A DNA stretch of 64,000 nt from Candidatus Firestoneibacteriota bacterium (GTDB lineage: Bacteria; Oederibacteriota; D2-FULL-39-29), in NCBI GenBank assembly GCA_026388015.1, contig JAPLKO010000053.1:7352-71351 (forward strand). The letters run 5' to 3'. The notes under the pieces are model-generated. The model saw only the letters and a list, made by a program, of their open reading frames with translations, had not been told where the DNA came from and ran no database searches. The stretch's first letter is position 1, and each line of letters begins with the position of its first letter. Shown here piece after piece: positions 29,081 to 38,440 of the stretch. The position numbers and the translations under genes were made by a program.

Positions 29081-30444
29081 GTTTTATAGATGAAGCAAGG
29101 ATACTTAAGGTCCTCGAAAAAACCAAAGAACCTGATGTTAAGCTGGCTGAAAGTGTTATTAACAAAGCCAAAGAAAGAAAAGGCCTGAATCTCGAAGAGG
29201 TCGGAGTGCTTATAAATCTTAAGGACCCGCGCCTTCTTAAAGAGATGTTCGACACAGCTGCTAAAATTAAAGAGGAGATCTACGGCGAACGGCTTGTTTT
29301 TTTCGCGCCGCTTTACGTTTCTGATTTTTGCGTGAACGACTGCGCCTACTGTAATTTTCATCAGACGAACAAATCTCTAAAGCGGAGCAAGCTTACGCTT
29401 GAACAGGTGAGAGAGCAGGTTAAAATACTTATCAACATGGGGCATAAGAGAGTGCTTCTTGAGTTCGGCGAAGATCAAAAAGAAAACCCTATCGATTATG
29501 TTGTTGATGTGATAAATGAGATCTATAAAGTGAAAACGGAAAAAGGAAGCATCCGCAGGGTTAATGTAAATATTGCCGCAACGACCGTGGAAAACTACAA
29601 AAAAATAAAAGCGACGAACATCGGGACGTATCAACTGTTTCAGGAAACGTACCACCGCCCTACATATGAAAAACTGCATAAAGGTCCTAAAGGTGATTAT
29701 GACAGACAGCTTACAGCCCAGGATAGAGCGCTTGAAGCGGGGATTGATGACAGAGGCCTCGGAGTTCTCTTCGGACTTTATGATTGGAAGTTTGAAGTGC
29801 TCGGGCTTATTGCCCATGCGGAGCATCTTGATAAAGTCGGCGGTGTCGGGCCGCATACCATATCCGTACCAAGGCTCTGTGAAGCGCCTACGGTAAAATA
29901 CATTCCGGAGCACCCTGTATCAGATGAAGATTTTTTAAAGATAATTGCCATACTTCGTCTTGCTGTCCCGTACACCGGTATGATAATATCGACCCGAGAA
30001 ACTCCCGAGATTAGAAGAAAAGCTTTTAAGATCGGTATCTCCCAGACTTCCGCAGCTTCGGTAACTTCTACCGGCGGTTATGGAAAGAAGATGGATTCCG
30101 TACAATTCACTTCGCATGATCCGAGAAGTCTTGAAGAAGTGATCAAGGATGCACTGAAAGACAAGCTTTTACCGTCCTTTTGCACCGCCTGCTACCGTTT
30201 GGGCAGGACGGGAGAGGATTTTATGTATCTTTCCAAACCCGGAGAAATCCATAAGTTCTGCCGCACGAACGGTCTCCTGACTTTTGCGGAGTACCTTGAA
30301 GATTTTGCTTCGGAAGAGTTGAAAAAAGAAGGTTATAATGTTATCAGGTACTACATGGATAAAATTGACGAACCGGAACTTCTTCAAAGAGCAAAAGAAG
30401 GATTAGCAAATATCAGACAAGGGAAAAGAGATATTTATTACTAG
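29059..30444 (+). CDS. hydG: [FeFe]-hydrogenase maturase HydG (radical SAM tyrosine lyase). The start is likely the Met at 29077.
   Basis: Radical SAM CVNDCAYC near the N-terminus, plus the HydG-specific C-terminal auxiliary cluster motif CTAC-x22-C (Cx2Cx22C). The 461-aa length is too long for ThiH. Confidence 0.8.
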   Translation: MQEGKKMSFIDEARILKVLEKTKEPDVKLAESVINKAKERKGLNLEEVGVLINLKDPRLLKEMFDTAAKIKEEIYGERLVFFAPLYVSDFCVNDCAYCNFHQTNKSLKRSKLTLEQVREQVKILINMGHKRVLLEFGEDQKENPIDYVVDVINEIYKVKTEKGSIRRVNVNIAATTVENYKKIKATNIGTYQLFQETYHRPTYEKLHKGPKGDYDRQLTAQDRALEAGIDDRGLGVLFGLYDWKFEVLGLIAHAEHLDKVGGVGPHTISVPRLCEAPTVKYIPEHPVSDEDFLKIIAILRLAVPYTGMIISTRETPEIRRKAFKIGISQTSAASVTSTGGYGKKMDSVQFTSHDPRSLEEVIKDALKDKLLPSFCTACYRLGRTGEDFMYLSKPGEIHKFCRTNGLLTFAEYLEDFASEELKKEGYNVIRYYMDKIDEPELLQRAKEGLANIRQGKRDIYY

Positions 30445-30464
30445 AAAAAATCCATAGAAGGGGA

Positions 30465-32873
30465 GTGTTTTTGCCTGGCGCCTCATCCAACATATTTGAT
30501 ATCTCAAAAAACATCATCGTTTCCGCTCCTGCGGGATCTGGAAAAACGGAAAAACTCGCCAGACGGTATATCGCACTCCTATCTGCGGGCGTGGGACCCG
30601 AAAGAATTCTTGCCATTACTTTTACGGAAAAAGCTGCCGCTGAAATGAAGGAGCGTATTCTCCGTATCTTAAAAACGGAAAACCCGGAACTTTACAAAAC
30701 CATTATAGAAAAAATATTTTTGATGAGAATCTCTACCATTCACAGTTTTTGCCTGGGACTCTTAAAGCGGTTTGCGTTTGAGCTAGATCTGGATCCGAAC
30801 TTTGAAATAGTTGATCCGAAAGACTCCGGGCTTATCGAAAACGTGCTCTCCTTTTCGTTTACCAGAATTATAGAGCTGAAAAAAGAAAAGGGCGAGGATA
30901 ATATGGAGGTGTTAAGAGAGCATCTTCTTGAACTTACTTCAAGGTACGGCTGGGGTAAATTAAAAGAAACCGTGGAAAAGTTATTTGCGCTAAGACCTGC
31001 TACTCTGGTGGGGCGCCCCAAGCCTCTTGATATCTCCAATTTTAAGAAAGCGCTATTTTCTGCCGTGACGGCGATTAAGGAACTGGAGTATTTTAGAGAA
31101 AATTACGGTGATTTACTAAAAGAAGAAGCTCCGGAAAAGATTATATATGCAGTAGATACGGTTAAGGATCTCCTTCTTACGACCGGAGGGATTCCGAGAA
31201 AACAGCCGCCCAGAGGTTTGAAGCTTAAAATCACCAAAGAAGAATATTTTACTGTTAACGAAAAAATATTTGTGCTTTATAATGAGGCTAAAAGGTTCGC
31301 ATATAATACAGAGCTTAACCGGTTTTACGATATTTTCATTTTTTGTAATGCAGAATATAAAAAGAAAAAGAAAGAGCTGAATGTTCTGGATTTTAATGAT
31401 CTCGAATACCTCACGTACGATCTGCTTAAAAATCACGAAGGAGTGGATAATATACTTTTTGCGTTTGACGAGCAGACGGACCATATTTTTGTGGACGAAT
31501 TCCAAGATACAAACTTTCTGCAATGGGCGATAATAAATAAACTGACGGAGGAGTGGCGCTCCGGGCAGGGAAGTAAAAGGGAGGGCGGGATTACGCCGAC
31601 GCTTTTTATTGTAGGGGATGAGAAACAGTCCATCTTCGGGTTTAGGAGTGCAAACGTCGAGGTGTTTGAAACGGCGGCTATGGAGATGCAGAAGTGGTAC
31701 GGGAAGGACTTTATATTTCAGCAGGTGGCGGAAAACTACCGGAGCGGTATAAATATTATAGATTTTGTTAACAGAACTTTTGCACGGATAATGCAAAGAG
31801 GCCGGCTTGGGCCGAAATGGAGAACTCAATACGAGAGCTTTAATGCTATTAGAGGAATAACAGGAAAGGTGGAACTTCTTGAAACAAAAAAAGGTGAAAA
31901 TGAGAATCAAAACGAGGCCGAAAATGTGGCAAAAAGGATTGGCGAGCTGGTCGGTAAAGAGGATATATATGTAAGAGGCGCGGATAACCGGGAAGTAAAA
32001 AGAAAGGTCAAACAGGGGGATATTGCGATTCTTCTTAGAAAACGTACCCACCTGGCAGATTTTGAAGAGGCATTAACCAAGAAAAAGGTAGATTACGTTG
32101 TGGTTAACGGTCTCGGTTTTTACCAGCAGCCGGAGATTATTATAATAAGAGCGCTCCTTTTCTCCTTGCTTGAGCCGTCGGATGATTACAACCTCTACTT
32201 GCTTCTTAAAAGCAGAATATTCTCCGTAACCGATGAACAGATATTTGAGATGATCTCCCGGGAGGGGCTTACATTTTACGATAAGATTAAAGCAAATAAA
32301 AAATTAAAAATAATACTGGAGCATGCAGCTCTTATTAACGATCTTCCGCTTAGCCATATTCTTGAAAGCTTTATGGAAAAAACAGAAGGGTGGAAAATTT
32401 TCTGGGAAAAGCAGAGGGCAGCGAACATTAAAAAGTTTATTGAAATTGTCCAGAATTTTGAAACCCGGGGTGATTCTTTTCAAGATATAAGGGCTTACTT
32501 TGAAGCGAGAGTTGAAAAAGATGAAGAACCGAAAGCAAACGTGAACACCGAGGATACGGATGTGGTTAAGATAATGACCGTGCATACCGCCAAAGGGCTG
32601 GAGTTTCCGGTGGTGTTTTTTGTAAGGATGGGGGAAGAGCTCAGAAAAGACAGAGACTCCATAAAGATAAATGAAGGCAGGGAGAGTACGGGAATTCTCT
32701 ACTGTCCCGATAGGAAGATTAGAGAGCAGGTGGATGAATTTAAGGAGCTGGCCTTAAAAGAAGAGGAAGAAGAAAAAAGAATATTTTATGTTGCGGTCAC
32801 AAGAGCGAGAGACCTTCTTGTACTTTCGGGAGTAAGAGACGAGAAGAATAAAGGTTTCTGGAAATACTTATAA
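30465..32873 (+). CDS. UvrD/PcrA/AddA-type superfamily-1 DNA helicase
   Basis: Walker A SAPAGSGKTEKLARR. Motif VI region VHTAKGLEFPVVFF. Length is 802 aa. Confidence 0.8.
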   Translation: MFLPGASSNIFDISKNIIVSAPAGSGKTEKLARRYIALLSAGVGPERILAITFTEKAAAEMKERILRILKTENPELYKTIIEKIFLMRISTIHSFCLGLLKRFAFELDLDPNFEIVDPKDSGLIENVLSFSFTRIIELKKEKGEDNMEVLREHLLELTSRYGWGKLKETVEKLFALRPATLVGRPKPLDISNFKKALFSAVTAIKELEYFRENYGDLLKEEAPEKIIYAVDTVKDLLLTTGGIPRKQPPRGLKLKITKEEYFTVNEKIFVLYNEAKRFAYNTELNRFYDIFIFCNAEYKKKKKELNVLDFNDLEYLTYDLLKNHEGVDNILFAFDEQTDHIFVDEFQDTNFLQWAIINKLTEEWRSGQGSKREGGITPTLFIVGDEKQSIFGFRSANVEVFETAAMEMQKWYGKDFIFQQVAENYRSGINIIDFVNRTFARIMQRGRLGPKWRTQYESFNAIRGITGKVELLETKKGENENQNEAENVAKRIGELVGKEDIYVRGADNREVKRKVKQGDIAILLRKRTHLADFEEALTKKKVDYVVVNGLGFYQQPEIIIIRALLFSLLEPSDDYNLYLLLKSRIFSVTDEQIFEMISREGLTFYDKIKANKKLKIILEHAALINDLPLSHILESFMEKTEGWKIFWEKQRAANIKKFIEIVQNFETRGDSFQDIRAYFEARVEKDEEPKANVNTEDTDVVKIMTVHTAKGLEFPVVFFVRMGEELRKDRDSIKINEGRESTGILYCPDRKIREQVDEFKELALKEEEEEKRIFYVAVTRARDLLVLSGVRDEKNKGFWKYL

Positions 32874-32970
32874 AAAAAGCACGATTAAGGAATGACAACT
32901 TGTTATTAACGGGAAAACAACGCTGTGATATTTATTGAATAAAACTCCTCAAATAGCAACTAATCGATAG

Positions 32971-33378
32971 TCAATAGTGCTTATTTCTTTTTACGGGATC
33001 TTGTTTTTTTATTTTCGCACCAGAGGTTTTCTTGCTTTTTTCGAATCTTTCCAGGAGTAAGGCTAAGAGGCTCCCGAGAAACGTTAGGAGCGTGGTAAAC
33101 GGGCTTTTGATATTTTCAATGGAAGTCCTTACGCTTTTTACGGCTTCTTCCGCGGCAGCTATCACGCTGCCCACTTTTGAAATATTTTCTTTTGCTTTTC
33201 CGAGTATCTCCAGAAAGTTCTCTTTAACTTTCCCGACCAAATCGTTAAAATTATGTAAAAGAACACCGATGCTTTTTATGGTCTTTCGTAGCTGAAGCAG
33301 GACCAGAATAATTACAAAGGTCACAAGAAGTACACAAACTGCGCTTATTACCAGAAAAATTTTTAGAACTGGCTCCAT
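32971..33378 (-). CDS. Small membrane protein: N-terminal TM helix plus coiled coil, DUF948-like
   Basis: Hydrophobic N-terminus and overall architecture. The call is by resemblance only. Confidence 0.45.
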   Translation of the reverse strand: MEPVLKIFLVISAVCVLLVTFVIILVLLQLRKTIKSIGVLLHNFNDLVGKVKENFLEILGKAKENISKVGSVIAAAEEAVKSVRTSIENIKSPFTTLLTFLGSLLALLLERFEKSKKTSGAKIKKQDPVKRNKHY

Positions 33379-33644
33379 AAAAACTCCTTTGTTGCGGCAT
33401 TAGAAGACGCATAACCATTCTATTGCAAGAAAGGGCAAATTTCAATGAAATATTAAATTAAAAAACGGGTAATCGGTAAAAACACAGAAAAAAACATATT
33501 ATCGCGTAGTTGAAGATTATTATGAAACACAGACACTCCGGACCTGACATTGAAAAACCGCCTAAAAGCCTGATTGACAAAGATTCATTTCTATAATATA
33601 CTTAATGTGTTGAATAAAGATGTCAAAAACTGTACGGAGGATTT

Positions 33645-35477
33645 ATGAAAAAAGCTATTCTGCTAATGCTTGGGATGATTTCTGCTTGTGCGCTTTACGG
33701 CGAGGAATTTTCGACTGCAAAAATAACCGCAATTACAGGAGTGGTAGAAGTGGCAAAAGTTGCGGAAACAGGGAAAGAACAGGTATGGTTACCCGCAAAA
33801 TTGGATATGCTGCTCTCTGAAAGCGAAGATATACGGACGAAGGAAGGCAAAGCTGAGTTAACCTTCGAAGACGGCAGTAAAATAAGACTTAGCGACAGCA
33901 CCTCCTTGTCGCTTGCTAAAATGAAAGATAAAGAGCAGAAAGGCGACGCTCTGGTAAAACTCTGGGCCGGCAAGATAAGAGCAAAATTTACGGTTCAGAA
34001 AGAAAAGTCTACTTTTCAATTACAGACAAAAAACATTGTTGCGGCTGTAAAGGGTACCGACCTCGTTCTTGATGCCGATTTTAACGGTGGTTTTCTTGAG
34101 GTAATTGAAGGAATTGTTTCGTTCATTGATTCTCTTACAAAAAAAGAGCTCTTTGTTAAGGCCGGAGAAAAGGCTTCTTATGCCGGCGCCTTCCAAGGTA
34201 ACCCTGAAGGAATGAATCAAGAAGAAAAAGATAAACTTGAAGAAGAATGGAACGGTAAAGAAAAGAAGCCGGCTGGAGAGAAAAAAGCTCCGGAAGCTCC
34301 GGTTTTGGCGCCAAGGGAAGAGGTAAAGGCGCCCGAGGCTCCCGCCGGAGAAGGTCTCGGCGCAAGTTTTGGAGCTGTTTCTATAGACGGCAAGACCTAC
34401 TATATGATGAGCTTTCTCTTTGAGCTTTCTTTAGGTAAAATCGCGGCAGGATTTGACGTAAGATTGCTGTGGAATGACGACGGCATTAGAGAAGACGACT
34501 GGAAGGATTGGCAGAGGTCTCTGCAGAGTATGTTTAAATATATCCGGTATGGCGTAAAGGGAGAGCCGGTTTATCTTAAGCTCGGGGTTCTTGATAGTAC
34601 TTCTCTAGGTCACGGTTTTCTTGTCAGAAGGTATTCAAATGTTGGCATAGATGTTTACAAGCGCACTTTTGGTCTTGAGCTGGATGTGAAACCGGGCGCG
34701 TTTGGACTTGAAGGCTTTACAAATGACATTATGTGGGGTCGCTTATATGCAGGCCGTTTTTACTGGGATCTTCTACCAAACTTCCTTCAGGCTGGTGTTA
34801 CCGGGGTTTATGATTTCAATCCGAATAAGGATAGATTTAAACTCGTTGGCACCAACAAAGTTGCCTTACCGGACTCCGGACCTCTTGTTGAATATGGCGT
34901 AGACATAGGTTTTTCTCTTATTAAAACCCCTCTTTTAAGTGTTTTAGTTTATGCGGATTATGCGCTCCTACGCGATGGCGGGGAAGGTTTTGCGGCGCCG
35001 GGTGTTATGGGAAAAATTGCAATATTTGATTATCAGCTTGAATACAGATCTCTTCAATCAAACTTTATAGCAGGTCTCTTTGACTACATCTATGAAGATC
35101 GCCGGCCGATAAATCTTGCGGCTTTACCTTTGGGAGAGAGATTAAAAGGTATCTTTGGCCAGCTTAGCGCGGCTCCCGTTTCCTGGTTGACCATGATTAT
35201 GGCTTATGAACAATATGAAGGCTCAAAGCCTTATGTCAGGGCAGAGGTCTGCTATAAAGGCAGATTTATTCCGAAGATTTCTGAAGTTGCTGTCGGTTAC
35301 GAACAAAAGGATATTGATACTATTTCAATAAAAAGTCCAAATACGGTAGCTTACGCAAGAGTCGGTATGGAAATGGCGCCAGGTGTAATCTTTCTATTTA
35401 CAATGAGACAAACTTATGATGACGCCGCAGATGTTTTCAAAAGATCAACAATGATGGCTATGCAGATGAAATTTTAA
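33645..35477 (+). CDS. Secreted protein: N-terminal FecR-like domain, Pro/Ala/Lys-rich linker, C-terminal putative outer-membrane beta-barrel
   Basis: Signal peptide. FecR-domain-like block (AAVKGTDLVLDADFNGGFLEVIEGIVSF). Linker KAPEAPVLAPREEVKAPEAP. Ends ...MQMKF with a terminal Phe. Confidence 0.5.
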   Translation: MKKAILLMLGMISACALYGEEFSTAKITAITGVVEVAKVAETGKEQVWLPAKLDMLLSESEDIRTKEGKAELTFEDGSKIRLSDSTSLSLAKMKDKEQKGDALVKLWAGKIRAKFTVQKEKSTFQLQTKNIVAAVKGTDLVLDADFNGGFLEVIEGIVSFIDSLTKKELFVKAGEKASYAGAFQGNPEGMNQEEKDKLEEEWNGKEKKPAGEKKAPEAPVLAPREEVKAPEAPAGEGLGASFGAVSIDGKTYYMMSFLFELSLGKIAAGFDVRLLWNDDGIREDDWKDWQRSLQSMFKYIRYGVKGEPVYLKLGVLDSTSLGHGFLVRRYSNVGIDVYKRTFGLELDVKPGAFGLEGFTNDIMWGRLYAGRFYWDLLPNFLQAGVTGVYDFNPNKDRFKLVGTNKVALPDSGPLVEYGVDIGFSLIKTPLLSVLVYADYALLRDGGEGFAAPGVMGKIAIFDYQLEYRSLQSNFIAGLFDYIYEDRRPINLAALPLGERLKGIFGQLSAAPVSWLTMIMAYEQYEGSKPYVRAEVCYKGRFIPKISEVAVGYEQKDIDTISIKSPNTVAYARVGMEMAPGVIFLFTMRQTYDDAADVFKRSTMMAMQMKF

Positions 35478-35572
35478 TAAAGCAAACTTGAAGCATTAAA
35501 TTCGAAATTCGAAAGCAGGAAGATGGACAGACTCCGGGTCTTTTTAGCCGGGGTTTGTTTTTGGGAGGAGAG

Positions 35573-35902
35573 ATGAACAAAAAAACAGATATTCGCGGAA
35601 AAGTTTTTAATACCAAGGAGTTTGCGGAGTATCAGAAGTCAGCGGTAGTGAGCCGTGAAGTGATAAACAGAAAGACGGGTACGGTGACGATATTTTCTTT
35701 TGCGAAAGGGGAGGGACTGAGCGAGCATACTGCGCCTTTTGACGCGCTTGTTTGTGTTCTTGACGGGAAAGTAAAAATAACAATAGAAAAAAAAGCCTGT
35801 ATAGTAAAACACGGGGAATCAATAATACTTCCTGCAGGAAAGCCCCATGCGCTAAAATCCATTACAAAATTTAAAATGATGCTCGTAATGATCAGATCAT
35901 AA
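35573..35902 (+). CDS. Cupin-domain protein. The ORF track starts at 35555.
   Basis: Small cupin-2-like beta-barrel pattern (GLSEHTAPFDALVCVLDGKVKI...GESIILPAGKPHAL). Confidence 0.6.
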   Translation: MNKKTDIRGKVFNTKEFAEYQKSAVVSREVINRKTGTVTIFSFAKGEGLSEHTAPFDALVCVLDGKVKITIEKKACIVKHGESIILPAGKPHALKSITKFKMMLVMIRS

Positions 35903-36030
35903 ACAGGATAATCTTTATGAGACCAATTTCCGGATTAATAGATATAAGAATAAGACTCGGCGCCGGCCTTATTTCACTTCAAAAAAACCCGGGAAAACTG
36001 TCATGCCTTTCGAGAGGAGTGGAGGGTTAA

Positions 36031-37233
36031 GTGCTGGATTTGCTTGTAATAGGGGGTGGACCTGCCGGTATAATGGCGGCAATAACCGCAGCCGGAAAAA
36101 ATAAAAATGTCCTCCTGCTTGATAAAAACCCCTCTCTCGGGCGCAAACTGCTTGCCTCCGGCAACGGAAAGTGCAATCTTTCAAATTCTACTCTGGTTCC
36201 TGATAACTACTTTGGAAACAAACTCTTCCTGAAAAATATATTCGCTAAGTTCAACAATAAAACTCTGGATAATTTTTTTAAGAAAAGAGGAGTTCTATTA
36301 AAGACGGAAGAGTTCGGTCGGGTGCTTCCTTTTACGGAGAGTTCCGCAAGTATCCTTGATTGCCTGCAGGAAGAGATTGCAGTAAATAAAGTTATGGTCA
36401 AAAACAGCGAGCAGGTGCTTTCTATAGAAAAAAATGAAAATATCTTTACGGTGAAGACCGGTAGAGGTGTCTATGAAACCAGAAATATACTGATAGCCGC
36501 AGGGAGTTCCGCCTACCCGCAGCTTGGCAGTACCGGTTCGGGGTACGAGCTGGCGGGAAACCTCGGTCATACCATCAAACCTCTCCGGCCTGCTCTTGTC
36601 CCGCTTGAGCTTGAGGGTAACTGGTTTCATAAGCTTCAGGGTGTGCATGTTGACGCCGGGATATTTATAGAAAAGAATGGGAAAAAAAAAGATTACTTTG
36701 GTGAGCTTCTTTTTACAAAATATGGAATCTCCGGACCTGTTACTTTGGATGCCTCACTTTCTATAATTGACGGAATTAAAGAGAGAGCAGAGGTCTATTT
36801 AAACCTGCTTCCGGTTTACGAAGATTTTATTCATCCTGAACTTAAGGCAATGCTCTCTTTCAGGCCGGAAAAAACTATAGTTGCTTTTCTCTCGGGCTTT
36901 CTGCCAAAAAAAATTGCCGTTCATCTTTTACCTCAGATGGAGATTGACCCGTTGACAAAAGTCAAAGATCTTAGCCGGGAAGATATAGAAAAGATATTTA
37001 ATACACTACGTAATTGGCATGTAAAAGTAATAGGCCCGAAGTCTTACTCCGAAGCAATGGCTGTTGCCGGGGGAGTCTCGACAGATGAAATAAGCGCTGA
37101 TACAATGGAGTCAAAGCTGGTTCCCGGAGTTTATTTTGCCGGTGAAGTAATTGACGTGGTCGGTGAATCCGGTGGTTTCAATATCCAGTTCGCTTTTTCA
37201 AGCGGCTATATAGCGGGAAAGTCAATTAAGTAA
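36031..37233 (+). CDS. HI0933-family NAD(P)/FAD-dependent flavoprotein (BaiN-like), with a GTG start
   Basis: N-terminal LLVIGGGPAGIMAAITAAG dinucleotide fold. Length is 400 aa. Confidence 0.75.
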   Translation: MLDLLVIGGGPAGIMAAITAAGKNKNVLLLDKNPSLGRKLLASGNGKCNLSNSTLVPDNYFGNKLFLKNIFAKFNNKTLDNFFKKRGVLLKTEEFGRVLPFTESSASILDCLQEEIAVNKVMVKNSEQVLSIEKNENIFTVKTGRGVYETRNILIAAGSSAYPQLGSTGSGYELAGNLGHTIKPLRPALVPLELEGNWFHKLQGVHVDAGIFIEKNGKKKDYFGELLFTKYGISGPVTLDASLSIIDGIKERAEVYLNLLPVYEDFIHPELKAMLSFRPEKTIVAFLSGFLPKKIAVHLLPQMEIDPLTKVKDLSREDIEKIFNTLRNWHVKVIGPKSYSEAMAVAGGVSTDEISADTMESKLVPGVYFAGEVIDVVGESGGFNIQFAFSSGYIAGKSIK

Positions 37234-37481
37234 AGTAGATATTAAAAAGATGTACCCTTTCGAAAGAGCATTGCGGCACCCACATCTGGGTTTTTGCAGA
37301 TTTCAGAGGCGGCCAGCACAAAGGCCGGGTAGGGAGTAACTGGAAGGGCGTTTTCACCCGTGACCGTCACCCTAAACTTTTAGCCCATACCCTAAGAAAA
37401 CACTGGAAAGGGAAATAAACCGAGAATTGCAGAGAAATAAGGTTTCTTTACCATATTATAGTAACTCACTATAAAATAAAT

Positions 37482-37727
37482 TTGACAGAGAAGCTTAATT
37501 CGAGACAGAAAAAAGTTATCACCCGTATGTTGGAAGCAGGACCCGGAGGATTTACCGGAGGTTTGACAACAAGAAAATATGCAGGTCTTACAAAAACCAG
37601 CCGTGCTACAGCCTTCAGGGAAATCTCTGATATGCTTGATAAGGGTGTCCTTTATCATCTTCCGGGAAAAGGCCGTAACGTTCATTATGAACTGAAAATT
37701 AATGGAGAGAGTGGAGACAGGTTTTGA
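37482..37727 (+). pseudogene. Remnant encoding only the C-terminal winged-helix of a Fic-family protein
   Basis: The translation NSRQKKVITRMLEAGPGGFTGGLTTRKYAGLTKTSRATAFREISDMLDKGVLYHLPGKGRNVHYEL matches the Fic-protein C-terminal wHTH. The Fic catalytic domain upstream is absent and that frame is closed by stops. Confidence 0.5.
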
Positions 37728-37801
37728 CCAAAAAAATGGACGATTAATCTGACAGGTGAGGTTCTTATTGTCCGAATGTAAATGTAAAAGGAGATTGAAG
37801 A

Positions 37802-38290
37802 ATGTTAATAAGAAAGGCCACAGCAAAAGATGCTCTTGCGATAAGTAAAATATATAATTATTATATTAAGAATACGGTTATTACTTTTTAAACAAAGGTG
37901 GTGCCGCCTGCGGAAATAAGACGAAGAATGAAGATTGGGTCACCTTTAAAGCATCCCTGGATAGTCGGAGTCGTTGATGGGAGAGTGGTCGGATATGCTT
38001 ATTTCGATAAATTCCAGTAAAGAGATACTTACAGGTATTCAGTTGAACTTACGGTATATTTGGACAACATGGTTCGTGGTCAAGGTTACGGAAAAGCGCT
38101 ATACGGCCATCTTATATCGATGCTAAAGAAAACTGATGTTGCGGTAATGATCGGAGGCGTAGCTCTGCCAAATGAAGCAAGTGTCAAACTGCATGAATAT
38201 TTCGGTTTTAAGAAAGTTGCTCACTTTAAGAAAGCTGGTTTTAAACTTAAAAAGTGGATTGACGTGGAGTACTGGGAAAGGATAGTTTGA
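37802..38290 (+). pseudogene. GNAT-family N-acetyltransferase (phosphinothricin-acetyltransferase-like). The reading frame is collinear but interrupted by two in-frame TAA codons at 37889-37891 and about 37997-37999.
   Basis: With the two TAA codons removed, one frame gives a full-length GNAT (MLIRKATAKDALAISKIYNYYIKNTVITF*TKVVPPAEIRRRMKIGSPLKHPWIVGVVDGRVVGYAYFDKFQ*RDTYRYSVELTVYLDNMVRGQGYGKALYGHLISML...). There are no frameshifts. Confidence 0.6.
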
Positions 38291-38440
38291 GGAGTGGAAG
38301 AGAATATATAGCAAGGAAAATAGTGAAAAACTGTTCCTTTTATCTTTGTTGACACAGAAACTCGCCTATGCTATTATTATCTCAGAAAGTAGGCATGCGC
38401 GTTTAAATTAGTTAGTGATAATAATCCGTATTGGAGTGAT

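Noticed and set aside
31116-32051. 311-aa minus-strand ORF inside the helicase gene
   Set aside because: Antisense to the UvrD-like helicase. Lys/Phe-rich low-complexity translation typical of the reverse frame of AT-rich coding DNA.
37392-37826. 144-aa minus-strand ORF overlapping the Fic fragment and GNAT start
   Set aside because: No RBS or domain. It overlaps better-supported + strand remnants. Likely spurious.
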